A DNA stretch of 42,496 nucleotides, from positions 1-42,496 of IMG/VR virus record IMGVR_UViG_3300020045_002569; one strand, given 5' to 3'. The notes under the pieces are model-generated. The model saw only the letters and a program-made list of their open reading frames with translations, was not told the DNA's origin and searched no databases. The stretch is from a virus. Taxonomy: Duplodnaviria; Caudoviricetes. Positions 15,979 through 25,946 of the stretch are shown here, one piece after another; position 1 is the stretch's first letter; each line of letters starts with the position of its first letter. The translations under genes were made by a program, and so were the position numbers.

Positions 15979-16194
15979 CTATCCGTTGTTCTCGTATTCT
16001 TCTTTAGTGATGATTTGTCCAGCCATCAATGCTTCCAAAAGTTCATCAGAGGTTTTTTTATCAACATTAAATTCTCGATTACCTATTTTTCGTTCGTAAG
16101 TATTTGGCTTAGTTCTTGTGAACTTTGCATCATAATACTGGAAATAGAGAGGGAAAGTAAGTACATCAATTGGTTTTCTAGTGTCTTTACTCAT
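15979..16194 (-). CDS. putative immunity/antitoxin protein for the upstream RelA/SpoT domain
   Basis: 71 aa, 11 nt downstream of the toxin-like domain; ends G.IITKEEY. Confidence 0.6.
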   Translation of the reverse strand: MSKDTRKPIDVLTFPLYFQYYDAKFTRTKPNTYERKIGNREFNVDKKTSDELLEALMAGQIITKEEYENNG

Positions 16195-16205
16195 ACATGG
16201 GTATC

Positions 16206-19200
16206 CTAGCGTAGTTTTGAATAATAGTCAAGGCTTTTCTTCGCGAGTAGAGCTTTTTTCTGTGCATAATTAGAATCTGTCTCATCTAAAACCCTTATAT
16301 CTTCTAGTATTTTGTGTCCCAGTCCTGGTTCCACTCCAGTCTCTTTTTTGATTTTTTCGAAGGTTTCTTGACCCAAAACGGCCTTAGAAAATTCTGGAGT
16401 GTTTTTACCGTAAGTCATTTTGGGAGATACAACTTGTGTCTCAGAAACGAGCCCGTTAGGAGATAATATTCTGTACAAAACACCCTCGTATCCATAATAA
16501 TCTTCTGGCTTTTGTGGTTTTTCGTTTAAGAAATCACTGCGTTTTCGCATCAACTCTACCACTTTAGTCTTAGCTTCTGGTGTGTCGACAATGATACTGT
16601 TTCTTGCCAAGTCTTTAAGTTGGTCGGCATCTCCAGAATATTCTCGCATCACTTTTTCTGTTGAGCGTTTAAGAGATTTAACAGCAGTCTTGGCTACTTT
16701 CGTTCCAGGGACCATTGAGACAATCTTATCGGCTTCTTTGTCAATATGAATCTTAGCTTCTGGAGCTTTGGAATACATTTCATCTAAACGATTTCTTACA
16801 AAAGAAGGTGTTGTGTCAAATTTAGGTTTCTTTAGAGGATTAAAGGCACTTCCTGTTTCTTCTAGTCGTCTACCACGAATGTTGTTGTGTTCCGCAATAT
16901 ACTGCATTTTTGCATCTCTAATCCAATCTTTAGGCCAATATTTAGCGTAAGAAACATTTAATTTTTCCGCTTCTTTTTGGAGCGCATTAAAGTATGGAGA
17001 ATCAGCGTTCAAAGCAGCTTTCTCATCAATTAGTCCGTTGGTTTTAAGAGGGAGTCCAGTTCGAGAGTCTGTCATTTTGCCGTTAGTAATGACTGCGCGT
17101 GAAGGTATACTTTTTACTATTGGAGAATTTTTACCTAACATTCTGCGTTCGAAAGCGTCGAGTTGTGCCACCTTCGGCAAGAAAGTAGGCGATTGACTTA
17201 CATCGTCAGTTATCGAACCTCCTTTTCCTGCGCTCGCACCAACAGCACCGCCGACTGCTGCGCCAAGAAGTCCTTTTTGAACGTTGTATTTTAATTTGCC
17301 TTGCTCGTCTCGTTCGATACCAGTTGTAGCACCAGCCGAGGCTCCTGCGACAGAAGTGAGCGCACGAGGAGAGATTACACCACGATTGCCTGGAAGTTTG
17401 GAGGGTTTGGCTGTGGATACTGGAGTAGTCTCTGTTAATTTGGTCATCAAATTGTTCGAGAGTGTCAAGATATTTTTTCCACTACTTCGTAGTTCATCGA
17501 ATTTTGTTAATTCCTTACTTAAATCTATTCCCTTTTTAGTAGCAGTCTCATACAAGAAATTTTTATCCAATCCAAGAGATTGCGCTAATTGGTCAGCACC
17601 ATAAACATTCCTTTGAGGGAGAGGCATTTCATCTATTTTTACATAGCCCCCAAGAGGTTGTATTTTCCCCTCCGCTTGTGCATAAGTCGGAATCTTACCA
17701 CCCTCAAATTCAGCAATCATGTCATTTTTCACTACCATATTTCCCGTTCTGACATCTTCTCCAAGACCTTTGATTGGAGACTCTCTGAAATTTTTAGCCA
17801 AAAAAGATTTCAAGTCTGACATACTTTCTTTAGCATTTCCCACTCGGACGGGTTTAGTAGGTAGACTTGACTTTTTAGATGGTTTAGGTATAGTAGGTTG
17901 TATGTCAATCTTACTAGGAATAGCGGTTATATTGGGCTTGGGCTGGGCTTGCAATAGGCTCTTTCCAGGCGTTGTTGATTGGTTGAATCGTTGAGGTAAT
18001 TTTTCAGCCGTATCAAACATCTTTCTAATAGCCCTGTTAGGGTTATTTAGTGTTTTATAGACTTCCTTGATTGCCCTAGCGCCGAGTCCTTGAGCGAGCG
18101 TAGCTGGATTCATTGAAAGAATACCATTTACAATCTGTCCTCCAGTGAATATGTCAGTGAAGTCAATCAAGCCTTTTACATTCTTGCGAGCGTCTCGGAG
18201 CGAGGCTTTGATAACGTCTCTTTCTATATTTTTAAGAGCACCATATTGGTTTTTGAGTTGCTGATACTGTATTCCCGTTAGACCAGTGATTCCTTCATCG
18301 AGTGATTTGCGGATACGGTTAGCAAGCATAGCATCAATCGCCGCCTGTGAAGCAGTGTCATAGGAAGGATTGCGGTAAAACGCTTCCAGAGATTTGTTGT
18401 AGTTTTGAATTACGTCTTGAGCGGTAGTAGCGTCAAGTTTCCCTATATCCAAGTAGCGTTTCTGAACGCCTTGAGCATATTTTACTGCATTTGGATTCGT
18501 GATACCAAGAGCTTTGTTATTGATTACGGAGTCAAGCTCAGATGCGATGGGAACGGTATCTACTTCCATACCAGCTTTACCTGCCTGTTTTGCAAGCGCA
18601 TCGTATTTTGAAAATATAGTCTTCTTTGTTTGTTCGATAGAGTCAGCGAATTGTTGGAGACTTTCTGGTTTTTGGCCGAGGACTTCTTCTCCGAGGTCGT
18701 CAGTAAATTTAAGATTTGGTTTATTTTCTAGAATTGTTCGAGCTCCAGTTATTACATCGTCATTATACTTGCCGAGTTGTGATGGAGTAGTTTTACCAGG
18801 AAGGAGTGGTCGTACACCCTTTGTGAATCGTTCAAGTAGTTTATTTTCAAGTTCACGTTCGGATGGGGCGATAATACTTTTCGTCTTACCAAATAGTCGT
18901 GAAGTACCAGCGAGTCCACCTGTTAAGAATGAACCAGCTCCAGGAATCGCAGCATTGAAACCAGTTCTATCTTCGCCACGTTGACCTGCAACACCCAAAG
19001 CCACATCAGAAACGTAACCAGGAGCGACTTCACCAGCCAAACGGCCAAGTCTAGGAATAATACCTTTGACAACGGTTCCTCCAGGCAAAGCGGACGCAGC
19101 AGCACCAGAAAGACCTGATGCGATTGTTGCACCAGTATCTCCTTTGGTTTGTGCTCCAGTAATAATAGAGTCAATACCGCCTCCAGCAATAATGCGAGGA

Positions 19201-19718
19201 ATAAGTGGCAATCCTTTTACTGCACCAGCTCCAGCCATATACGGAGCAACGGTTCCGATGAGTTCTCCTACTTTACCACCTGTCGTTTCCAGAGTTCCTT
19301 GCATTGGTTTTTTGTAGATTTCTTCACCAGCCCTTTCGACTCCACTAGCTAAATATTTTGCTGCTTCACTTACCTTTCCACCAGTTAGTCCACCAGTTAG
19401 ATATTCACCCATTTTACCGTAGGCTTTTAGTCCCTCTCCCACCAGTCCAGTTACACCTGTACCGACTGCCGAGCCAATACCCGTACCGACACGAGCTCCA
19501 AGTGTTGCCAAGCCCCCCTGTGAGATTGTCTTGTCGAGTGATGACGCTGGTTGAGGAGCTTGTGGAGTTACAGAAGTTTGACTCTGCATCATTTCTGTAT
19601 TTCCACTGTTCTGTTTTGCCTTACCAGGAAAGTATCCAGTTCCAGCTCCAGAAGTAGGCACCGATGTGGTTCCCTGTTGTCCAGCGTTTGCTTTAGCTTT
19701 TCCTACTTGATAAGCCAT
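16206..19718 (-). CDS. large DNA-ejection/internal virion protein with a C-terminal RelA/SpoT-like synthetase domain
   Basis: Gly/Ala-rich amphipathic N-terminus, helical core, last large gene of the virion operon; C-terminal VKSLKRSTEK, LKDLARNSII, YGYEG, SETQV. Confidence 0.78.
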   Translation of the reverse strand: MAYQVGKAKANAGQQGTTSVPTSGAGTGYFPGKAKQNSGNTEMMQSQTSVTPQAPQPASSLDKTISQGGLATLGARVGTGIGSAVGTGVTGLVGEGLKAYGKMGEYLTGGLTGGKVSEAAKYLASGVERAGEEIYKKPMQGTLETTGGKVGELIGTVAPYMAGAGAVKGLPLIPRIIAGGGIDSIITGAQTKGDTGATIASGLSGAAASALPGGTVVKGIIPRLGRLAGEVAPGYVSDVALGVAGQRGEDRTGFNAAIPGAGSFLTGGLAGTSRLFGKTKSIIAPSERELENKLLERFTKGVRPLLPGKTTPSQLGKYNDDVITGARTILENKPNLKFTDDLGEEVLGQKPESLQQFADSIEQTKKTIFSKYDALAKQAGKAGMEVDTVPIASELDSVINNKALGITNPNAVKYAQGVQKRYLDIGKLDATTAQDVIQNYNKSLEAFYRNPSYDTASQAAIDAMLANRIRKSLDEGITGLTGIQYQQLKNQYGALKNIERDVIKASLRDARKNVKGLIDFTDIFTGGQIVNGILSMNPATLAQGLGARAIKEVYKTLNNPNRAIRKMFDTAEKLPQRFNQSTTPGKSLLQAQPKPNITAIPSKIDIQPTIPKPSKKSSLPTKPVRVGNAKESMSDLKSFLAKNFRESPIKGLGEDVRTGNMVVKNDMIAEFEGGKIPTYAQAEGKIQPLGGYVKIDEMPLPQRNVYGADQLAQSLGLDKNFLYETATKKGIDLSKELTKFDELRSSGKNILTLSNNLMTKLTETTPVSTAKPSKLPGNRGVISPRALTSVAGASAGATTGIERDEQGKLKYNVQKGLLGAAVGGAVGASAGKGGSITDDVSQSPTFLPKVAQLDAFERRMLGKNSPIVKSIPSRAVITNGKMTDSRTGLPLKTNGLIDEKAALNADSPYFNALQKEAEKLNVSYAKYWPKDWIRDAKMQYIAEHNNIRGRRLEETGSAFNPLKKPKFDTTPSFVRNRLDEMYSKAPEAKIHIDKEADKIVSMVPGTKVAKTAVKSLKRSTEKVMREYSGDADQLKDLARNSIIVDTPEAKTKVVELMRKRSDFLNEKPQKPEDYYGYEGVLYRILSPNGLVSETQVVSPKMTYGKNTPEFSKAVLGQETFEKIKKETGVEPGLGHKILEDIRVLDETDSNYAQKKALLAKKSLDYYSKLR

Positions 19719-19723
19719 ATATT

Positions 19724-21070
19724 TTATTCGTAAACTATCTGATAACCCTGAGCAGCGGCGTCGTAGATGTCTTCACGAGTGAGCGGACCACTGTCTACTT
19801 CTTTACCGTTCTGTAGGATTCTCACAGTAGTTGGAAGTCCAGCGTTTGAGCGAAGAACACCCGAAACATTTTTAAGAGCTTGAGAGAAGTCTTTTTCTGA
19901 CGTAAGACGTGATAGAGCATTTGTCGAATCTTGTAACATTCTAGCTTCGTAATCGGAGATTGCACCACTTCCCTTGATAAGTTGACGAGCACCGAGAGCA
20001 AGTACATTCTTGAGTTGGTCATAATCTCGTTTTGTCTGTGAACCAGCCGTGAAAGGAATAACACCTGATTGGAATTTCCCAGAGATGGTTCCTGCTTTTG
20101 GTAGAATCGAGTTCACGAGTTGTAGAGCACTTCCAGTTGTGGCATCTATCTGACCAGGAACCTGCGCTCCACCTGCTTTTTGTTTGTCTATGGCTAGTTG
20201 CGATTGTTTGATTGCATATTCGAGGCCAAATTGACGTTTATCTTCTGCGAATTTATCTTGAGCAAGTTTGGTTGCAGATTCACTTTGTTTAGCGTCTTGA
20301 GCCATCTGTCGTTCCTTTAGGGCGTAGTCTTGACCATATCTTCGAGTGTCTTCTGCGAATTTTTCTTTATCAAAGTCTGAGTCCATCAGTCCTTTTTCGT
20401 AATCTAAACGAGCTTTGATTGCCTCAGTATCACCCTTGCGATAATCGGTTAGAGCACCGAGAGCACCCGAAGCAGCATCGATGCCAAATTGATTTTGTTT
20501 ATTTACACGAGCAGCTTCTCCAGCAGCGAACCCGAGAGTTTCCCCAGTTCCCAGAGCTTTTTCGTAATCTTGTTTACTCTGACTCACCAAAGTGTTCAGA
20601 TATTCACGAGCTTGTTTTTCCTCTGGACTTACTCGCAAAGAATCAATATATGCTTGCATGGCGTCATCATATCCAGTTCTTGCTTTTGGTATTGGCTGAG
20701 TTGTGGTATTTGTTGCTTCCGTATTGTAAGTCGATGGAGTCGGTGCAGTTGGGTTAGAGAAAAACTGAGCATTGGGATTGTATGAGAATGGTGCTGTCGT
20801 GTTACTGGAAGCAAGATTATTTATATAAGATTGCTTGGCTGGGGAAGTTGTAGTCGGAGTTGTACCAGTAGCACCAGATGTGCCAAATTGACCAGCCGAT
20901 AGAGCAGTCGAGGTTGACTGAGAGTTTGGTTGTTGTGGTACGGGCTGTGATACAGGTTGCGCGGTGTTGGATTTTAGACCAGAAAGCGCACTCGCTATTC
21001 CGTAAGGAGGGTACAATGCCTTTGCTAACGTCTTCGCACCTTGATTGATTGTGTTTAGATTTATTGCCAT
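19724..21070 (-). CDS. probable DNA-ejection protein
   Basis: low-complexity N-terminus, repeated KFAED.R..G..YA.K, IKGSGAISDYE motif typical of podoviral ejection proteins. Confidence 0.65.
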   Translation of the reverse strand: MAINLNTINQGAKTLAKALYPPYGIASALSGLKSNTAQPVSQPVPQQPNSQSTSTALSAGQFGTSGATGTTPTTTSPAKQSYINNLASSNTTAPFSYNPNAQFFSNPTAPTPSTYNTEATNTTTQPIPKARTGYDDAMQAYIDSLRVSPEEKQAREYLNTLVSQSKQDYEKALGTGETLGFAAGEAARVNKQNQFGIDAASGALGALTDYRKGDTEAIKARLDYEKGLMDSDFDKEKFAEDTRRYGQDYALKERQMAQDAKQSESATKLAQDKFAEDKRQFGLEYAIKQSQLAIDKQKAGGAQVPGQIDATTGSALQLVNSILPKAGTISGKFQSGVIPFTAGSQTKRDYDQLKNVLALGARQLIKGSGAISDYEARMLQDSTNALSRLTSEKDFSQALKNVSGVLRSNAGLPTTVRILQNGKEVDSGPLTREDIYDAAAQGYQIVYE

Positions 21071-21086
21071 GATAATTTAATTTACT

Positions 21087-22283
21087 TTATGTAAGACCAC
21101 TCGCATCTTGCGTAGGGAAGTAATACGGAGCTTGTTGTAAATTAGCCAATATATTCCCTGATGGAGCAATATAGCTACCCTCCCAAGTTCCACTCGCTTC
21201 CTCTAGCATTTGACCTATCAGCCCACCGACAAGTTCTGATTTTCCTATTTCCTGACCACCATCATAAAGTCTCCAATATCGCTCAGAAAGTACCATATTC
21301 TCTTTATAATCCCAATATTGAGCCACAGCGCGGTAGATTGGAGCCATCTGATAGGCTTCTGGTTCGTAGGTTATCTGACCTACTGTATAAGCAGCAGAAG
21401 CGGCTGCAAGAGCGGTCCCTTCGTATGGTTTTGTTAGAGCGACTATAGTTGCAGAATAATAAGTTCCAATTTCGTACCAATACCCATCTCCACCACCAGC
21501 TGCGGTTGTCTCCGTGATACGCATATAGCGTCCTACCATGTCTGCGGTAAAAGTTGTACCCGATGCTGTTACAATCGAACCGCCACCTTCGTGAGAAACT
21601 GTGATTGCAGAAGTAGCAGCAGATGTTAGCGCGTTAGTCCAAGTTGCGGTTGTTGCAGAAGCCGTGAGTGTTACGAGTCTAGTTTCACTATTTGAAAATT
21701 TTACAAGGTAACTTCCTGTCGTAAGTCCCCATGCCCCAGAAAGAGTCGCGGAAGTTGCACCAGAGGCCACAGCTCCAGTAAATGTAGTTGTGTAAGGTAC
21801 AGAGGTTATGGTTCCTGTAGTATAGTCTGCAATGTTTACGTCTCTGATGTTCCTACGTCCTGTCATTATTACACTCGTGTCATCTACTGATGGAGTCGGA
21901 GCAAAAAGAAGTTTCTGACCTTGCTGATAAGCAAAGTACGGATACTGGTTAGAGCCAAGTCGATAAGCAAGTACCAACTGCCATCGTTGTATATCGCAAA
22001 GTTCTACTGGAAGATAAACTGTTGCGGAAGTTCCAGAGCCTATTACAACACGCACAGCCGTAATCTTACGCATGTCGTTAGGAATATACATATAATTCTG
22101 GTCCGCAGTCGTTAAAACTGTTTTTTCTAATTCAAGCCAGGGCCACGAACCACCCCGAATAGCCGAGACTGTTCGACGAGCATCATTCCAAAATTTTATT
22201 AGAGTTGCCGAAGTAGTTGTATCGGTTGACGGTACACCCGTTAGAGTTTGGAGAGTTGCTAAAGCTGTGGTATATGTAATCAT
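21087..22283 (-). CDS. head-tail adaptor (tubular-protein-A-like) with an inserted Thr/Ala-rich domain
   Basis: FWNDA...WPWL....Y.IP.D.RKI..V...L.FAPTP...PEAYQ.A.IY.A..YW. Confidence 0.65.
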   Translation of the reverse strand: MITYTTALATLQTLTGVPSTDTTTSATLIKFWNDARRTVSAIRGGSWPWLELEKTVLTTADQNYMYIPNDMRKITAVRVVIGSGTSATVYLPVELCDIQRWQLVLAYRLGSNQYPYFAYQQGQKLLFAPTPSVDDTSVIMTGRRNIRDVNIADYTTGTITSVPYTTTFTGAVASGATSATLSGAWGLTTGSYLVKFSNSETRLVTLTASATTATWTNALTSAATSAITVSHEGGGSIVTASGTTFTADMVGRYMRITETTAAGGGDGYWYEIGTYYSATIVALTKPYEGTALAAASAAYTVGQITYEPEAYQMAPIYRAVAQYWDYKENMVLSERYWRLYDGGQEIGKSELVGGLIGQMLEEASGTWEGSYIAPSGNILANLQQAPYYFPTQDASGLT

Positions 22284-22289
22284 TTGCGT

Positions 22290-22793
22290 TTAATTAAATT
22301 GTATCAAATAAACTGGGAAAGTAACTGTGTTTGCGAGAGTCCCTGTTACTGCCGCTCGAATAAGTATTCTATCGCCCTGTACGACGTTTAGGTCCCGCAC
22401 TGTAGATGTTAGGGTTAATGTCCTTTTTGTATTTGCGCTGATTGCGGTTCCACCAGTTGTTTTTGTTGTATTCGCAGCTGTCGCAGCCAAAAGCACTGTA
22501 CTACCAGCTCCAGCTTGACCAAGATTGGTTATGGACCACGTTATGTAATTAGTATCACTTGTGGCAAGAGCGTCCGTACCAGAAAAATCTACTTGTAAAA
22601 CAGTCATTGTTCGCGGAGCCAAAAAATAAGCATCATTGTTTCCAGTAGCGACTGCGATTGTTGCTGCAAAGACATTAAGGGGCTCCGTATAACCGAAAAT
22701 ATCAAAGAAGTTCACACGCTGAGAATAATTGCCATCGTGAATGTGGGTTTCTATCTTGTCATCAATATAACTTTTTAGTTCTTCTGGTTTCAT
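22290..22793 (-). CDS. tail structural protein
   Basis: H.HDG motif, beta-rich, tail cluster. Confidence 0.55.
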   Translation of the reverse strand: MKPEELKSYIDDKIETHIHDGNYSQRVNFFDIFGYTEPLNVFAATIAVATGNNDAYFLAPRTMTVLQVDFSGTDALATSDTNYITWSITNLGQAGAGSTVLLAATAANTTKTTGGTAISANTKRTLTLTSTVRDLNVVQGDRILIRAAVTGTLANTVTFPVYLIQFN

Positions 22794-24232
22794 GTCATGT
22801 TTGCTGGGTCTCCATAAAAGATAACTCGACGAATACCTGGATTGACACTCGTATCAATATATATCCTAAACTGTATCTGCTTTGCTCGATAATTTATATT
22901 GTTAATATCAATAAATGCAGATGCCGCACCCGATGAATTAGCAAGGTCAAATGCTCCAGTATCACCGAGCGAAGTAATGAGTCCATCCTGGTCATAGAGT
23001 CGAATAGAGCCTGGGTCTGCACCATTCGCAACCTGGCTTTTCCATATAATACGAATCCTTCTTATCCACTCCTCGTCATCAAAAGCGTAATCGTTAGAAT
23101 ACAAGTCACTAGAATTTGTTGTGGCAATACTTGATAAATCCCATATATAAAGTTTAGCCGATGAGAAAGACATACTAATAACATTACTACCCACATTAGA
23201 AATGCTCAAAAGTTCATTTACGTTTACTTGATTTTTGTAAGCGGGATAAAATACTTTTTCTCCACCTTGTCTAACTGGTCCGTGAGCTATAATCTTAGAA
23301 CCCTCAACCAAATATAATGTCGAACCCGCAGAGGTAAAATGTTGTTTATACAACAGTGAAGCAGATGCTAGACTTATACTAAATTTTCGCAAGAATGTGA
23401 TACCTGCACCGTTCCAGTAACCAAGATTCTGTCCATAAGCAGCGTAAAGTTGACCTTCTGTATAAGGAAAAGCTGTTATCATTTCATCCACAGGTACAAC
23501 TCTTGAGGCTTTATTGCTAAATCCATCATAGTATAAAACTTTTGCTGGAGAGTTCTTTGCGCTAGAGAGATTTATGCTGTCTATAACGCTTATTAGCATT
23601 TTTCCCGAACCAGGGTCTATACCAAGAGCAACAATCACTTGATTATCTGTGAGCGTCAAAATAGCAGCTGGGGTTCCTCCTGCTGATGTTTGTCGGAGTA
23701 ATAAGTTCCCATTACCATAAAAAGCGTTATTCTCATAAGCTAACGCTGGATGTGGTACGACAGAGGCGTTTCCATACGAACTTGACAAATCGTAAAAGGT
23801 AGTGTTAAAAGTTGCTGGTTGTTGCCATCGAACAATATACCTATCATTCGTTACATAAACTTCTCCTTGATAAGCAACCATGTCAGTTTTAGCAGAAACA
23901 TAGTTCGCTCCTGTATCTTCTGCACCACGAGCCGTTAAGGTCCCACTATCATAAGAGTAGAATCTGCCATCATTGTCTGAATCAGCTGAAACATACAATC
24001 GAGCTGAACCACCTATAACTTGCGGGTCTTCACAACTTGCTATTATATTTCCTGTCAATCCTGTACTTGCATCTGTGGGGACTGCTGGAGCGTAGCAAAC
24101 ACCTGGATTGTTAGTGAGCTGAACAGCATCCGTATTTGAAGAAAATCCAGCATCATCAATATCATCCGAAGAAGACATCCCTCGTATCATATCCCTCCAA
24201 TCCCATTGTACTAATTTACGTCCGAGTGCCAT
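22790..24232 (-). CDS. tail nozzle/DNA-stabilisation-like beta-propeller protein
   Basis: 480 aa, beta-rich, C-terminal RAKQIQFRI; location. Confidence 0.55.
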   Translation of the reverse strand: MALGRKLVQWDWRDMIRGMSSSDDIDDAGFSSNTDAVQLTNNPGVCYAPAVPTDASTGLTGNIIASCEDPQVIGGSARLYVSADSDNDGRFYSYDSGTLTARGAEDTGANYVSAKTDMVAYQGEVYVTNDRYIVRWQQPATFNTTFYDLSSSYGNASVVPHPALAYENNAFYGNGNLLLRQTSAGGTPAAILTLTDNQVIVALGIDPGSGKMLISVIDSINLSSAKNSPAKVLYYDGFSNKASRVVPVDEMITAFPYTEGQLYAAYGQNLGYWNGAGITFLRKFSISLASASLLYKQHFTSAGSTLYLVEGSKIIAHGPVRQGGEKVFYPAYKNQVNVNELLSISNVGSNVISMSFSSAKLYIWDLSSIATTNSSDLYSNDYAFDDEEWIRRIRIIWKSQVANGADPGSIRLYDQDGLITSLGDTGAFDLANSSGAASAFIDINNINYRAKQIQFRIYIDTSVNPGIRRVIFYGDPANMT

Positions 24233-24233
24233 T

Positions 24234-24521
24234 TTATTTGAATTTAGTAGTTAGATACTCCCAAATGAACTTCATTGCTTGGTCGCCAAAGAAACCACCA
24301 ACACCTGCAAAGACGTGTGGGAAAGGAGTGGGTAAATGTAACGTCTCTGCTATCAATGCAAACATATAACCAGAAAAACCTGCAACAAAAGCTGAAGCGA
24401 AAAAGATACTTAACTTGAATGTATGTCCAGTTTTGTAACTATTGAGATACCGTGCTATGCCACCACACATTGCTATCCCTCCGTAGATTAGTTCTATGGG
24501 AAAATTAGATAATAATTTCAT
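24234..24521 (-). CDS. holin (LydA-like)
   Basis: three TM segments, GG.ARYL...SAFVAGFSG...AGVGGF.G. Confidence 0.7.
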   Translation of the reverse strand: MKLLSNFPIELIYGGIAMCGGIARYLNSYKTGHTFKLSIFFASAFVAGFSGYMFALIAETLHLPTPFPHVFAGVGGFFGDQAMKFIWEYLTTKFK

Positions 24522-24523
24522 AA

Positions 24524-25312
24524 TTAGTTTAATCCATTAGCTGTTTTAACACTTGCAATCGCTAACCCTTCTACCGTTTTAACACTCGCTTTTGCTAACC
24601 CTAACCAAGTTTTTACATTAGCTGGCCCTGCCGCACTGTCTACTTCATAATGCAATCCAAAGTAGTTAGCATTTGAACCCTTATTGAAAGATGCTAATAC
24701 TGTAGCTGAAAACCCCGACATTTTCTTAAATTCAGGATAAGTTGCACCGTTTTCCACTTCCACCCACAAATTACTGTTGTCTCTATCCCAAGTTAGCCCA
24801 CCGTAAAAGTTCGAGATGGTAACAGACGTGTCAACTGTAGTGTTATAACCAGTCATACGAACAGCGCGTCCACTAGCACCTTGAACCATTACGATAAGTT
24901 TAGAATCTGTACTATTCCAAGCTACACCTCTTGAAGCATTAGCAAGAGTTAATGAAGCTCCTATCGTTGAGCTGAAACCTGTAAAACGATACGACTTTGT
25001 TTGTCCATACTGTTGAGCATATAAATTTACACCAACATCATCCCAGTGAGAATCACCTAGCAGAGTAGCCGCATCAGGCCAAGCAAAACTTGACGTAACC
25101 GTAGCAGAAAAACCAGTACCTTGTTTAACTGATGTAGTAGGGTTAGCATTTCCAAAAATAACATTACCACCACTGGTTAACCATGATGGACCGAAAAAGG
25201 CTGAGGTTGTAGTAAAACTCGTTCTTACCGTAGAGGAAAAACCCTGGAATTGATAAGCTTTAACTGTAGAACCTGTAGTATTTATTGATGCTATTAAATC
25301 ACCCGTTGCCAT
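24524..25312 (-). CDS. virion fibre/receptor-binding protein with ~44-aa repeats and C-terminal VKT..GL repeats
   Basis: recurring GFS.TV..SF units; NVKTWLGLAKASVKTVEGLAIASVKTANGL. Confidence 0.55.
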   Translation of the reverse strand: MATGDLIASINTTGSTVKAYQFQGFSSTVRTSFTTTSAFFGPSWLTSGGNVIFGNANPTTSVKQGTGFSATVTSSFAWPDAATLLGDSHWDDVGVNLYAQQYGQTKSYRFTGFSSTIGASLTLANASRGVAWNSTDSKLIVMVQGASGRAVRMTGYNTTVDTSVTISNFYGGLTWDRDNSNLWVEVENGATYPEFKKMSGFSATVLASFNKGSNANYFGLHYEVDSAAGPANVKTWLGLAKASVKTVEGLAIASVKTANGLN

Positions 25313-25946
25313 ATTTGAAGTCTAAAACATCTAATAAAGAAAGTTCTTTAATGTGGTCTGCTAGATAATCAAAGTGAGCCCAAACACGAAAGCCCTCTGC
25401 TTTTGCTCTATCACAAAAGTTAAAGTCTATACCCTTAACAGCAAAACCGTTCTCATCCCACAATCTAACAAAAGCGGGTCGTACTTTTTCTAAAACCCTT
25501 CTATGCACTAACATTGCACCAGAACCAACCGCGTCTACTTCTCTTAATCCAACCCTAGTTTTGTGGTCTAAGTAGTTACCATCTTCTTTTTTATCCATTG
25601 CTAGAAAAGCAATCTCTAATCCATTACCGTCATTTCTCCATTGTGGATAGGGCATACCTACTATGTCTAAATTCAAGAAAGCTAAATCTATAGGATTAGA
25701 CTTTGGTACTGTATCGGGGTCAATCATAAACATAAAGTCATAACCATCATCAAGCGTTTTCTTAACAGCACGATTTCTATTTTCTTCAGTCGGTCTTGAG
25801 ATAAAGTGTAATACTGTTATATCAGCGCGTGGGTCTTTAGCTATTTCTGGTATACATACACCTAACTGCCAAGTAGGGTCTTTTATCCCCGTCATAACAG
25901 CAACTAATATTCTTGGTTTAGATATTTGAGACTCCATAATCACCAC
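25299..25946 (-). CDS. family 2 (GT-A) glycosyltransferase-like protein
   Basis: ILVAV, NRNRAV....YDFMFMIDPD (DxD), VDAVGSGAMLVHR.V, D.NFC.RA...GF.VW. Confidence 0.82.
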   Translation of the reverse strand: MVIMESQISKPRILVAVMTGIKDPTWQLGVCIPEIAKDPRADITVLHFISRPTEENRNRAVKKTLDDGYDFMFMIDPDTVPKSNPIDLAFLNLDIVGMPYPQWRNDGNGLEIAFLAMDKKEDGNYLDHKTRVGLREVDAVGSGAMLVHRRVLEKVRPAFVRLWDENGFAVKGIDFNFCDRAKAEGFRVWAHFDYLADHIKELSLLDVLDFKYGNG

